Shown: in pieces, positions 9,527 to 17,317 of the stretch
Position numbering within the stretch: the stretch's first letter is position 1
Layout: every line of letters begins with the position of its first letter
From: Bradyrhizobium sp.
Lineage (GTDB): Bacteria > Pseudomonadota > Alphaproteobacteria > Rhizobiales > Xanthobacteraceae
DNA: 49,863 bases
Reading direction: 5' to 3'
NCBI RefSeq assembly: GCF_016462955.1
Contig: NZ_JAEMSD010000005.1
Location: forward strand, 1-49,863
Made by a program: the position numbers and the translations under genes
The notes under the pieces: model-generated
What the model was told of the DNA's origin: nothing
Seen by the model: the letters and a program-made list of their open reading frames with translations, nothing else
Databases searched by the model: none

Positions 9527-9767
9527 TTCTCGATCTCGCAATCGGACGGCGGCGGCGCATTGCGGCCACGCACTCGTCAAACCTGGAGCGCCGATCGGCG
9601 CGCCGTCGTCCGAACCATTGCTGGCCGTGCACGCGCGAACGTGCCGGCCCGCGGCGCCGGGCGTGCGCCCGCGCCGCTGCGGTCTCCGGGACACGGAGAT
9701 AGGGTTCGCGCCCGAAACGATGGCGCCTCATGGCGCGATCTGCCGCGCATTTTATCGACAAGGAGAG

Positions 9768-9842
9768 ATGATGACCGCCTACCTGATATCGCTGGCCGTC
9801 GCGGGCCTCGTTGCCATCGTGCTATGGGAGACGTTCTCGTGA
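9768..9842 (+). CDS. 24-aa single-TM peptide
   Basis: AGGAGAG RBS; MMTAYLISLAVAGLVAIVLWETFS; GTGA overlap with next gene. Confidence 0.5.
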   Translation: MMTAYLISLAVAGLVAIVLWETFS

Positions 9843-10225
9843 GCGACGACATCATCGAGGGTGAGCTTGAGCCTGCACCGGTCCGGTTGCCCGCGCGCGG
9901 GAGGACGGCGCGCGCGCGTAACCTGACGGAGATCCGCTCGCTCGCGCGCAGCCACACCAGGACGGCCATCAGGGTGCTGGTCGGCGTCATGCGCAGCGAG
10001 GAAGCAACGCCCGCGGCACGTGTCTCGGCCGCCAATGCCATCCTCGATCGCGGTTGGGGCAAGGCCGCACAGCCCGTCGAGAACGGCCAGGACGGCGTGC
10101 TGGAATTGATCCACCGGATCGAGCGCATCATCGTGCATCCGTCGAGCTCGAGTGGCGGTGATGCCGTCACGACGCTCGAGATGTCGGAGATCCCGATCTG
10201 CGATCGCGCCTCGATTGAGCGTTGA
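9839..10225 (+). CDS. Putative phage/GTA terminase small-subunit-like protein
   Basis: EIRSLARSHTRTAIRVLVGVM...ARVSAANAILDRGWGKAAQPV helical motif; its IERIIVHP-coding DNA resembles the sequence overlapping the terL start at 17304. Confidence 0.6.
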   Translation: MSDDIIEGELEPAPVRLPARGRTARARNLTEIRSLARSHTRTAIRVLVGVMRSEEATPAARVSAANAILDRGWGKAAQPVENGQDGVLELIHRIERIIVHPSSSSGGDAVTTLEMSEIPICDRASIER

Positions 10226-10308
10226 CCCGTCGGGCAAAACACGGGCAGAATGGCATCATCGACAGAAGTTGGTGTTGCCCGCGCGGAAGCAATCCGGCGC
10301 GGGTTTTT
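10222..10308 (+). repeat. 41-bp repeat, copy 5, with terminator; left boundary of cassette 1
   Basis: TTGACCCGTCGGGCAAAACACGGGCAGAATGGCATCATCGA-cagaagttggtgtt-gcccgcgcgg...ccggcgcggg-ttttt. Confidence 0.95.
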
Positions 10309-10309
10309 G

Positions 10310-10390
10310 TTTGATGCGGTCGGCAGTTCCTGGTCTGATTATCGCCCGGCCTAGGCACAGCACGTGGCCGCTGCAAGTACGAGGTATTTC
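10310..10390 (-). pseudogene. Eroded 3' remnant of the Cys-rich partner gene seen in cassettes 2 and 3
   Basis: ttgatgc..ttcctggtctg.ttatcg..gcac.tgg.cgctgcaa matches the 3' ends at 13103-13195 and 15337-15425. Confidence 0.55.
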
Positions 10391-10722
10391 ATGAAATTCT
10401 GCACATACGCGACCTTGAATCGTCGAAATGATTTCTGATTCAGTGAGGCCGTCCGACTTTTCAGGAGGGGGCAATGTCGACGAGGAGAACCGGGGCCACA
10501 GCGATCGTAGCTGCATGCGTTGTCGCGACGATTAGACAGACGAGGAACGGGCGCCGGGGAAGAGGCCGATTGTGCCGACCATGGACGCCGGCAACAAGCG
10601 CACGATCGACATGCGCGAGGTGATCAACGGCCTGATGGATGTGCCGAGCGCCGGCAGGATGATAATCTACCCCCGCCCGGATAGCATCTGCGCTTCTCAC
10701 AATCAGCCCACGGGGCGCAATC

Positions 10723-11103
10723 ATGGACACTGAGCAACTCGTGGATGCGATCCCTGCGATCAATAATTTCTCGACGGTCGCATCTATCGCATGCGTGCTT
10801 CCAACATACTTTCTTCGTCTTCAGCCTGCGACTTATAGGCTCGTCCTGACATTGGGGATTGTCTTCGGTCTTTCGACGTGGGTGGTCGGAATGGCAACGG
10901 TCCTTTGGCCGCTTCCGCATCAGTTTGCCCGATGGATTGTGCTCTTTCAGCTCGTTATCTTTTCGCCGTTCGTTATTGTTCTCATTACGATACTTGCATG
11001 CATTAGGCGCGTAACCCGTGTCGGCTTATGGAGCACGGTAGTTCTGGCTTGCGTTATTTTCGACTGGCTTGGAATTTCCGGACTCATCCTGGCTCTTTCG
11101 TAG
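10723..11103 (+). CDS. Multi-TM membrane protein, paralog A (candidate immunity)
   Basis: 126 aa, highly hydrophobic, AT-richer DNA; 81/126 identical to paralog B by manual count. Confidence 0.75.
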   Translation: MDTEQLVDAIPAINNFSTVASIACVLPTYFLRLQPATYRLVLTLGIVFGLSTWVVGMATVLWPLPHQFARWIVLFQLVIFSPFVIVLITILACIRRVTRVGLWSTVVLACVIFDWLGISGLILALS

Positions 11104-11144
11104 TGCCCCCCCATCCGAATTGAAACGCATATCGGAGATGAGTC

Positions 11145-11525
11145 ATGGACGTCGATCAATTCTTAGAAGCGATCCCTGTGACTAATAACGTCTCGACTAT
11201 CGCTTCTATCCTATGCGTGCTTCCAACATACTTTCTTCGTCTTCAGCCTGCGACCTATAGGGTTGTTCTGTCATTGGGGATTGTTTTCGGTCTTTCGATA
11301 TTTGCGATTGCAATGACAGTGGTTCTTTGGCCGTTTTCGCACGAATATCATCGATTGTTTGTATTCCATATATTTGCTTATTCTTCGCCGCTTGTCGTCG
11401 TCCTCATCGCAATACTTGCATGCATCAAGCACGTAACCCATGTCGGCTTATGGAGCACCGTGGTCCTGGTTAGCGTCGTCCTCGACTGGGCTGGAATCTC
11501 AATGCTCATCCTTGCCCTTTCGTAG
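11145..11525 (+). CDS. Multi-TM membrane protein, paralog B (candidate immunity)
   Basis: Tandem duplicate at 422-bp period; GGAG RBS. Confidence 0.75.
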   Translation: MDVDQFLEAIPVTNNVSTIASILCVLPTYFLRLQPATYRVVLSLGIVFGLSIFAIAMTVVLWPFSHEYHRLFVFHIFAYSSPLVVVLIAILACIKHVTHVGLWSTVVLVSVVLDWAGISMLILALS

Positions 11526-11577
11526 AGCCCCGCGACCGTTAAAGCGCCGTACCTGACAAGAAGAGTGAGAGACCGTC

Positions 11578-12854
11578 ATGGCGAGTAAGCTTCCATCCTA
11601 TACGCAAGGTAATCTGGCTCTGGTCCGAGGGATGACGTCTCAGATCGCCGCTGCGGCGGCGAGATACGGAGTGCCTGCCGAAGCGATCGCCGGCGCGTTG
11701 GTTCAAGAGCGGTTTGACCAGACGGACTCTTTGACGAATTACGCGAGGATGGTCGGCTCTTCCCTCGTTGCACGTGAATTCCTTGACAGGAGGTTCATTG
11801 ACGGAAGAGAACGAAACCGATTGCATCCCACGCAAGGAGCCTCCGATATTATTCTGGATAAGTACAACGCCGATCCAAATGCGATGACGGTTGGAAGGGA
11901 CATCAGGAAGAAAATCAAAAATCCTCTGCTCGTCGATTATGGCCCTGCTGGAATGAAGTTCCAGAACGCCATTCGGGCAATTCTCAATAACCCAGATGAT
12001 CCCGCCTTCGCGCAATATGTTAAGGATCTATATTCGGCCGACGTCGCTTTGCATAAAGGCAGCGATCAGGCTCTCATGGCATCAACCATCGGCGCATATT
12101 TGCGTGAAGGTGCTCGAAACTATCAGTCCAACATGAGCGTCAATGGCGATCTGACGACCGGGATCGACGCTTGGACACGTCTGGATCCGTCGACTCGAAA
12201 TGCATTGCTTGTCCAATTCTACAAGCAAGGTCCGACACCGAAGCTCGCGCTGAAAAATTCGATGATCGCGGCGCAGAACGGTGTCCCCTATGTTCCCCGG
12301 ATAGGTGTTGACGGCGCCGGAGCAACGTATCTCGCAAACGAACCTGCGATCATTCGAGCGTTGGCTGATGGGCCAGCTAGCTTCTCCGACCGCTGGAATG
12401 CGATCAACGACCGCGCGGGACGTGACTACCAGCGGTCTGTCAGGAATCCCGCAGATAGGTTCACGAATCCCGCGTCTCGTGCTGACGTGCAGCCATCAGT
12501 CGATCTCAACCCGGGCCGCCCGCATACATTCCGGAGTATCTACGGTATCTGAAAGATGCGGATCGCGTGCCTCGAACCCGTCCCGAAGACCTGCGGGTTC
12601 TGAGGAGAATGCCCGCCGGAAAGTCGGATCGATCCGTCTTCAATTCGAGCGACGGCGCGCCGGTGCCTTTTGTCTCTCCCGACGAGTCGTTTCCGCTCTC
12701 GCCACAAAGCGACTTCGAGAGGCGGTTCGGCTCGTGGCCGGCACCTGCCGGCGGCGTCCTTGCTGGTGTCTATCAAGCTCCGCAAAGCCCATCCGACTCA
12801 CTGAACAACGAAGACTGGTCCGCGATGTGGCGCAGGCGCACTGGCCTGCCTTAG
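11578..12854 (+). pseudogene. Lysozyme/SLT-like putative effector with conserved C-terminal tail, split by a 1-nt deletion near 12514-12518
   Basis: IAAAAARYGVPAEAIAGALVQE resembles the SLT catalytic-Glu helix; PAYIPEYLRYLKDADRVPRTRPEDLR...WSAMWRRRTGLP continues in the shifted frame from 12519. Confidence 0.7.
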
Positions 12855-12872
12855 GGCGAGCGAGCGTATCCA

Positions 12873-12957
12873 TTGTCCATCTTCAAGAGCCCGACGGCCG
12901 AGATCATCGAGCCGCTGCTGATGCCCGCGCGGACAAGGCGTTTACGGCGTGCGCGGC
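12873..12957 (+). pseudogene. Degenerate copy of the terL 5' end
   Basis: MSIFKSPTAEIIEPLLMPAR versus MSILRIPTAKIFEPLLQPVR at 17304; similarity ends at cgcggc in Walker A. Confidence 0.85.
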
Positions 12958-13013
12958 GCTGCGCGCGATACTTGATCTACCAGGCATCTCGATTTGAGAT
13001 TCGGATTGATCGG

Positions 13014-13099
13014 TTGACCCGTCGGGCAAAACACTGGCAGAATGGCGTCATCGACAGAAGTTGGTGTTGCCCGCGCGGTGCAATCCGGCGCGGGCTTTT
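13014..13099 (+). repeat. 41-bp repeat, copy 6, with terminator; left boundary of cassette 2
   Basis: Near-identical to copy 5 including the hairpin. Confidence 0.95.
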
Positions 13100-13114
13100 A
13101 ATTTGATGCCTCGG

Positions 13115-14095
13115 CTAATTCCTGGTCTGCTTGCTGGTCCGGCGCTGCCCGGCATAGGCGCGTTGCACCTGGTCGCTGCAATAGGACAGCTTTCGGCCGC
13201 CGCCGGTGAAATGTCCATCCTTGATGATCCAGAGGATGACGGTCCTGTCATCGATCTTCTTGAACATCAGGTTCTCGCGGTCCTGAATGGTGTTCGGGTC
13301 CTGCACGCTGACGGCTTCAGGGTCTGAAGGAGCTCGCAATGTGCAGGCGGCGTCGACCCTGACGGTGTCGGGAAGCTGAACACGCGTGCGGCGGATATCG
13401 CACTTGTTAGAGGCAGTAACGATCGACTTCCTGGCGAACGCAACGACCGTGTCGCTGAATCTCGTGCAACGGTCCTCGAAATCGGCACCCACCGCGGCGT
13501 AGACGCCATCTTGCGGATGAGCGCTCTTGAGAGTGAGTTCCTCTTCGGCCTTCCGCTTGGCTTCTTCGGCCTTCTGCTTGGCCTCTGCCTTGGCTCTCAG
13601 CGTGGCCTCAGCAAGCGCGCGCTGTGTCTTCAGAGGGCAGTAGGCCGCGCGCCAGGGAGAATCCTTGAGCTTCCCATTCAGGCTCTTCTGGACGGAGATC
13701 GCCGCCGCATCGAGCCGTTTGATGAAAATGACCTCGTTGAATTTTCTGTTCGCCCAGTTGGGATCGCGAGGGTTGAGGTTCTGTGCTAGATTGTAATCGT
13801 CACAGACCATGTCAACCTTCAGCGAGCCCGGGCCGAGGTCGGTGATCTTCTTGACGTCGCAGATCCATTCGTAACCGCTGACCGATTTCCCGCCGAGATC
13901 GATTATCAGGCCGCCGCTTTCATCGCAGTTCGACTGGAAATTCTTGCCAGGTTCGGCGTAGACACCGGGCTTGGGACGCCATTTGTCCAATGTCGGAGCG
14001 AGCGGCTCCTGTGCGAGGGCAGGAAGTGCTAGAGCGACCAGCGTAGCCGCAGAGATAGCCTGACCGAGAATTCGGCGACGAATGACTCTGTTCAC
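13115..14095 (-). CDS. Exported two-repeat Cys-rich protein (candidate immunity/inhibitor)
   Basis: GTG 14095 with GAGGGG RBS (or ATG 14137); signal peptide ending ALA-QE; two domains each starting P..GVYA..G..F...C and ending YC. Confidence 0.8.
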   Translation of the reverse strand: MNRVIRRRILGQAISAATLVALALPALAQEPLAPTLDKWRPKPGVYAEPGKNFQSNCDESGGLIIDLGGKSVSGYEWICDVKKITDLGPGSLKVDMVCDDYNLAQNLNPRDPNWANRKFNEVIFIKRLDAAAISVQKSLNGKLKDSPWRAAYCPLKTQRALAEATLRAKAEAKQKAEEAKRKAEEELTLKSAHPQDGVYAAVGADFEDRCTRFSDTVVAFARKSIVTASNKCDIRRTRVQLPDTVRVDAACTLRAPSDPEAVSVQDPNTIQDRENLMFKKIDDRTVILWIIKDGHFTGGGRKLSYCSDQVQRAYAGQRRTSKQTRN

Positions 14096-14267
14096 GCAAG
14101 TCCCCTCATTCCTCGACGCATGCCGCATGTCTTTCATGAAACCACCGCGCGCGAAATAGTTAATGGATTAACAAGAGTTGAGCAAGCTGTCGCCCGCTGG
14201 CGAAACGGCGAGGACGGCTGCTTGTCAATTCGCGTGAAGCCCTCTCGCTTTCAGAAGGATTCTCAGC

Positions 14268-15089
14268 ATGTGGGATGACATGATGCGACGTATTCTTCAG
14301 CCCGCCAGGGACATCTCGCCTCATGTTACGAGTCCATACGGCGCGGTGACAGGTAGGCCGCGTGGATCAAGCAACCCGCACCGGGGCATCGATTTCAATT
14401 ATGTTGGTGGTCAAAGCGCTCGGCTGAACACGAACCACCCGGAGTTGCGGTCTCCCGTGAATGGCGTCGTTGAGAGCGCCGGTGATGATCAATGGGGAAC
14501 AATCTCAATCAGAGACAATAACGGCTTGCGGCATCAGATCCTGCATACCAACTCTCGGCACGTTAAGGTCGGCGATGTGGTTGCGGCGGGCCAAGTGATT
14601 GGCACGATGGGTAATACCGGTCTTTTTGATATGAAGGGCAATCCAGGGCACCACCACGTCCATTATCAAATCAAGGATCGCGCAGGTAATGTTCTTGACC
14701 CCGGTGCGTTTGCGGATGCACTGGGACCGTTCGATCCAATTCCCGCGCCGGCCTACGTTCCGGAGTATCAGCGGTATCTGCAAAACGCGGATATGGTGCC
14801 GCGGATCCGTCCCGAAGATGTGCGGATCCTGAGGAGGATGCCTGCCGGAAAATCGGATCAATCCGCTTTCAACTCGAATGATCCCGTACCGGTGGTGCCC
14901 GCTATTCCGCCCGATGCTTCGTTTCCATCTTCGCCACAATCCGACTTCGAAAGACGGTACGGAAATTGGCCTTCGCCTTCCGCAGGCGGTGTCTTTGCTG
15001 GCTTCAATCAAGTGCCGCAGCGACAATCCGATACTCCGGACAGCGAGGACTGGTCCGCGATGTGGCGCAGGCGCACCGGCCTGCCTTAG
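14268..15089 (+). CDS. M23-family metallopeptidase with conserved C-terminal tail
   Basis: HRGID (HxxxD), SPVNGVV, VKVGDVVAAGQVIGTMGNTG, HVH (HxH); no signal peptide; ends EDWSAMWRRRTGLP. Confidence 0.9.
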   Translation: MWDDMMRRILQPARDISPHVTSPYGAVTGRPRGSSNPHRGIDFNYVGGQSARLNTNHPELRSPVNGVVESAGDDQWGTISIRDNNGLRHQILHTNSRHVKVGDVVAAGQVIGTMGNTGLFDMKGNPGHHHVHYQIKDRAGNVLDPGAFADALGPFDPIPAPAYVPEYQRYLQNADMVPRIRPEDVRILRRMPAGKSDQSAFNSNDPVPVVPAIPPDASFPSSPQSDFERRYGNWPSPSAGGVFAGFNQVPQRQSDTPDSEDWSAMWRRRTGLP

Positions 15090-15107
15090 GGCGAGCAATC
15101 GCATCTA

Positions 15108-15193
15108 GCGTCCATCCTGAAAATCCCGACGGTCGAGATCTTTAAGCCGTTACTGATACCCGCGCGCTACAAGGCGTTTCCGGCTGACGCGGC
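15108..15193 (+). pseudogene. Second degenerate copy of the terL 5' end (start codon lost)
   Basis: (A)SILKIPTVEIFKPLLIPARYK... Confidence 0.85.
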
Positions 15194-15247
15194 GCTGCGC
15201 TCGATACTCGATCCATCGGGCATCTCGAATTGAGATGGATTGATCGG

Positions 15248-15338
15248 TTGACCCGTCGGGCAAAACACTGGCAGAATGGCATCATCGACAGAAGTTGGTG
15301 TTGCCCGCGCGGATGCAATCCGGTGCGGGTTTTCTTTT
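15248..15338 (+). repeat. 41-bp repeat, copy 7, with terminator; left boundary of cassette 3
   Basis: Near-identical to copies 5 and 6. Confidence 0.95.
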
Positions 15339-15346
15339 GATGCCTT

Positions 15347-16309
15347 CTAATTCCTGGTCTGCTTATCGGCCGGACGCCGCCCGCCATAAGCGCGCTGCAC
15401 CTGGTCGCTGCAATAGGACAGCTTTCGGCCGTCGCCGGTGAAGCGCCCGTTGTCGATGATCCAGAGGATGACGGTCTTGTCGTCGATCTTCTTGAACATC
15501 AGGTTCTCGCGGTCCGGAGTCGTGTCCACATTTTGTACGGTGACGGCGTCTCTGTCTGGAGCCGGCTGCAATTTACAATCGGCGCCCACTCTGACGGTAT
15601 CGGGAAGCTGAACCCGCGTCCTTTCGATCTTGCAAATGTTCGAGGCAGTCGTGATCGACTTTCCGGAGAACGCAACGACGGTGTCGTTGAACTTGGTGCA
15701 GCGCTCCTCGAAATCGGCGCCGGCCGCCGCGTAGACGCCGTCCCGCGGATGGGCTTCCTTGAGGGTCCGCTCCTGGTCGGCCTTCCGCTTTGCTTCCAAC
15801 TTGGCTCTCAGCGTGGCTTCGGCAATCGCGCGCTGTGTCTCCAGAGGGCAGTAGGCGGCACGCCAGGGAGGATCTTTGACCTTCCCGTTCAAACTTTTCT
15901 GAACGGAGATCGTCGTATCATTGATCCGCTTGACGAACATGACTTCGTTGAATTGCCTGTTCTCCCAATTGGGATCGCGAGGATTGAGGTTCTGCGCCAG
16001 ATTGTAGTCGTCGCAGACCATTCCGACCTTCAGCGAGCCTGGCGCGAGATCGATGACCTGTGTGACTTTGCAGCCCCATTCGTAACCGTTGATCGATTTC
16101 TCGCCAAGATCAATGGTAAGATCGCCGCTTTCATTGCAGGACGATTGGAAATTCTTGCCGAGCTCCGCATAGACGCCGGACTTCGGGCGCCATTTGTCGG
16201 CGGTCATCGGAGATGCTTCTTGAGCAACAGCCGACAGATCGGTTGTCGACGTCAGAAGAACGATGATCGCCATCAACGACGCGCCACGTCTTCTCTCATC
16301 AGGGCCCAC
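15347..16309 (-). CDS. Exported two-repeat Cys-rich protein, paralog of 13115..14095
   Basis: Shares DKWRPK.GVYAE.GKNFQS.C, CDDYNLAQNLNPRDPNW, RKLSYCSDQVQRAY, KQTRN. Confidence 0.8.
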   Translation of the reverse strand: MGPDERRRGASLMAIIVLLTSTTDLSAVAQEASPMTADKWRPKSGVYAELGKNFQSSCNESGDLTIDLGEKSINGYEWGCKVTQVIDLAPGSLKVGMVCDDYNLAQNLNPRDPNWENRQFNEVMFVKRINDTTISVQKSLNGKVKDPPWRAAYCPLETQRAIAEATLRAKLEAKRKADQERTLKEAHPRDGVYAAAGADFEERCTKFNDTVVAFSGKSITTASNICKIERTRVQLPDTVRVGADCKLQPAPDRDAVTVQNVDTTPDRENLMFKKIDDKTVILWIIDNGRFTGDGRKLSYCSDQVQRAYGGRRPADKQTRN

Positions 16310-16465
16310 GAATAGCTCCCGCGTTTGGATGTCGAGCCGTTCGCCGACATGTTGCAGCTTTGCGTTCAGAATAGTGGAACAGCCACAAGTTGAGCAAGAG
16401 GGTTCGCTCGTGCGGGGTATCGCGCGCGGGTCTCAAGACTATGCTTCGAAGCATTGGAGAGTGGA

Positions 16466-17317
16466 ATGTCTTGGCATGATGCCTTGCGGCGAATGTTACC
16501 CCCACTTGCGGGTTTCGAGCCTCACACAACGAGCCCATATAATGCGATACGGGACCGTGGCACTTCACCCCATCAGGGCGTAGACGGAAATTACAACGTC
16601 GGCCCGAATGGGCAGCGGGGAATCAATCTGAAGCACCCTGTGTTGCGCTCCCCAGTCGACGGCATCGTGACAAACGCGGGCGAAGGTACGGCCGGTAGAA
16701 TCGCGATCAGAGACGCAAATGGCATATCGCACGAGCTTCTGCACACGCACCGCAGATTTGTCAACGTAGGCGATCCGGTCGTTGCTGGGCAACTGGTCGG
16801 CACGATGGGTAATACAGGCGTGATCCAACCGTATATCGAAAGCGGCGATCATCATCTTCATTATCAGTTGAAGGACCCCGCCGGTCGTGGACTCAATCCT
16901 CAGGCGTACTGGGAGCAGCAAGGACCAATAGATCCAAATCCGGCGGCTCCTGCCTATGTTGACGAGTATCGCCACTATATGCGCGATGCAGGCGCCATTC
17001 CTGCAACGTCTCGAAAAGATGTGAGAGTTCTGAGGAGAATACCCGACCGCGCAATGGAGCGGTCGTCATTCAATTCGAAGCCCGTTGAGGTGCCCTACAG
17101 CGGCTCCAATTCTTCCCGTCCATCCGCTATTGAAAACCATTTCAGGAGGCTTCTTGGACTTTGGCCGCCTTTCTCGGAGCACGACGCCTCTTCCGACTTG
17201 ACCCGAACCCAACAAGGCCAATCCGAGACCTTCGACAACGAAGACTGGTCCGCGATGTGGCGCAGGGCGCACTGGCCTGCCCTAGGGCGAGCGAGCGCAG
17301 CCATTGTCCATCCTTAG
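16466..17317 (+). CDS. M23-family metallopeptidase with conserved tail; +1 frameshift alters the last residues
   Basis: GGAG RBS, MSWHDAL; HQGVD, VGDPVVAGQLVGTMGNTG, HLH; EDWSAMWRR then extra G at 17265-17267. Confidence 0.88.
   Translation: MSWHDALRRMLPPLAGFEPHTTSPYNAIRDRGTSPHQGVDGNYNVGPNGQRGINLKHPVLRSPVDGIVTNAGEGTAGRIAIRDANGISHELLHTHRRFVNVGDPVVAGQLVGTMGNTGVIQPYIESGDHHLHYQLKDPAGRGLNPQAYWEQQGPIDPNPAAPAYVDEYRHYMRDAGAIPATSRKDVRVLRRIPDRAMERSSFNSKPVEVPYSGSNSSRPSAIENHFRRLLGLWPPFSEHDASSDLTRTQQGQSETFDNEDWSAMWRRAHWPALGRASAAIVHP

Noticed and set aside
9560-9838. Long N-terminus of the 221-aa terS-like ORF
   Set aside because: Arg/Ala-rich GC read-through; GTG 9839 coupled to the upstream peptide is the more plausible start.
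7205-13106. Short ORFs containing LTRRAKHWQNGII or FDTSGKTLAEWHHR
   Set aside because: These are translations of the DNA repeat in different frames, not a protein family.
7226-15288. 41-bp repeats as a CRISPR array
   Set aside because: Spacing is 130 to about 2800 bp with whole genes between copies, and no cas genes are present.
12519-17285. Diversity-generating retroelement (TR/VR pair)
   Set aside because: No reverse transcriptase gene, and differences between copies are not confined to adenines and include indels.
7226-17317. Classical integron or IS-bounded element
   Set aside because: No integrase or transposase in the window, no attC RYYYAAC/GTTRRRY ends recognised, and cargo genes lie on both strands.
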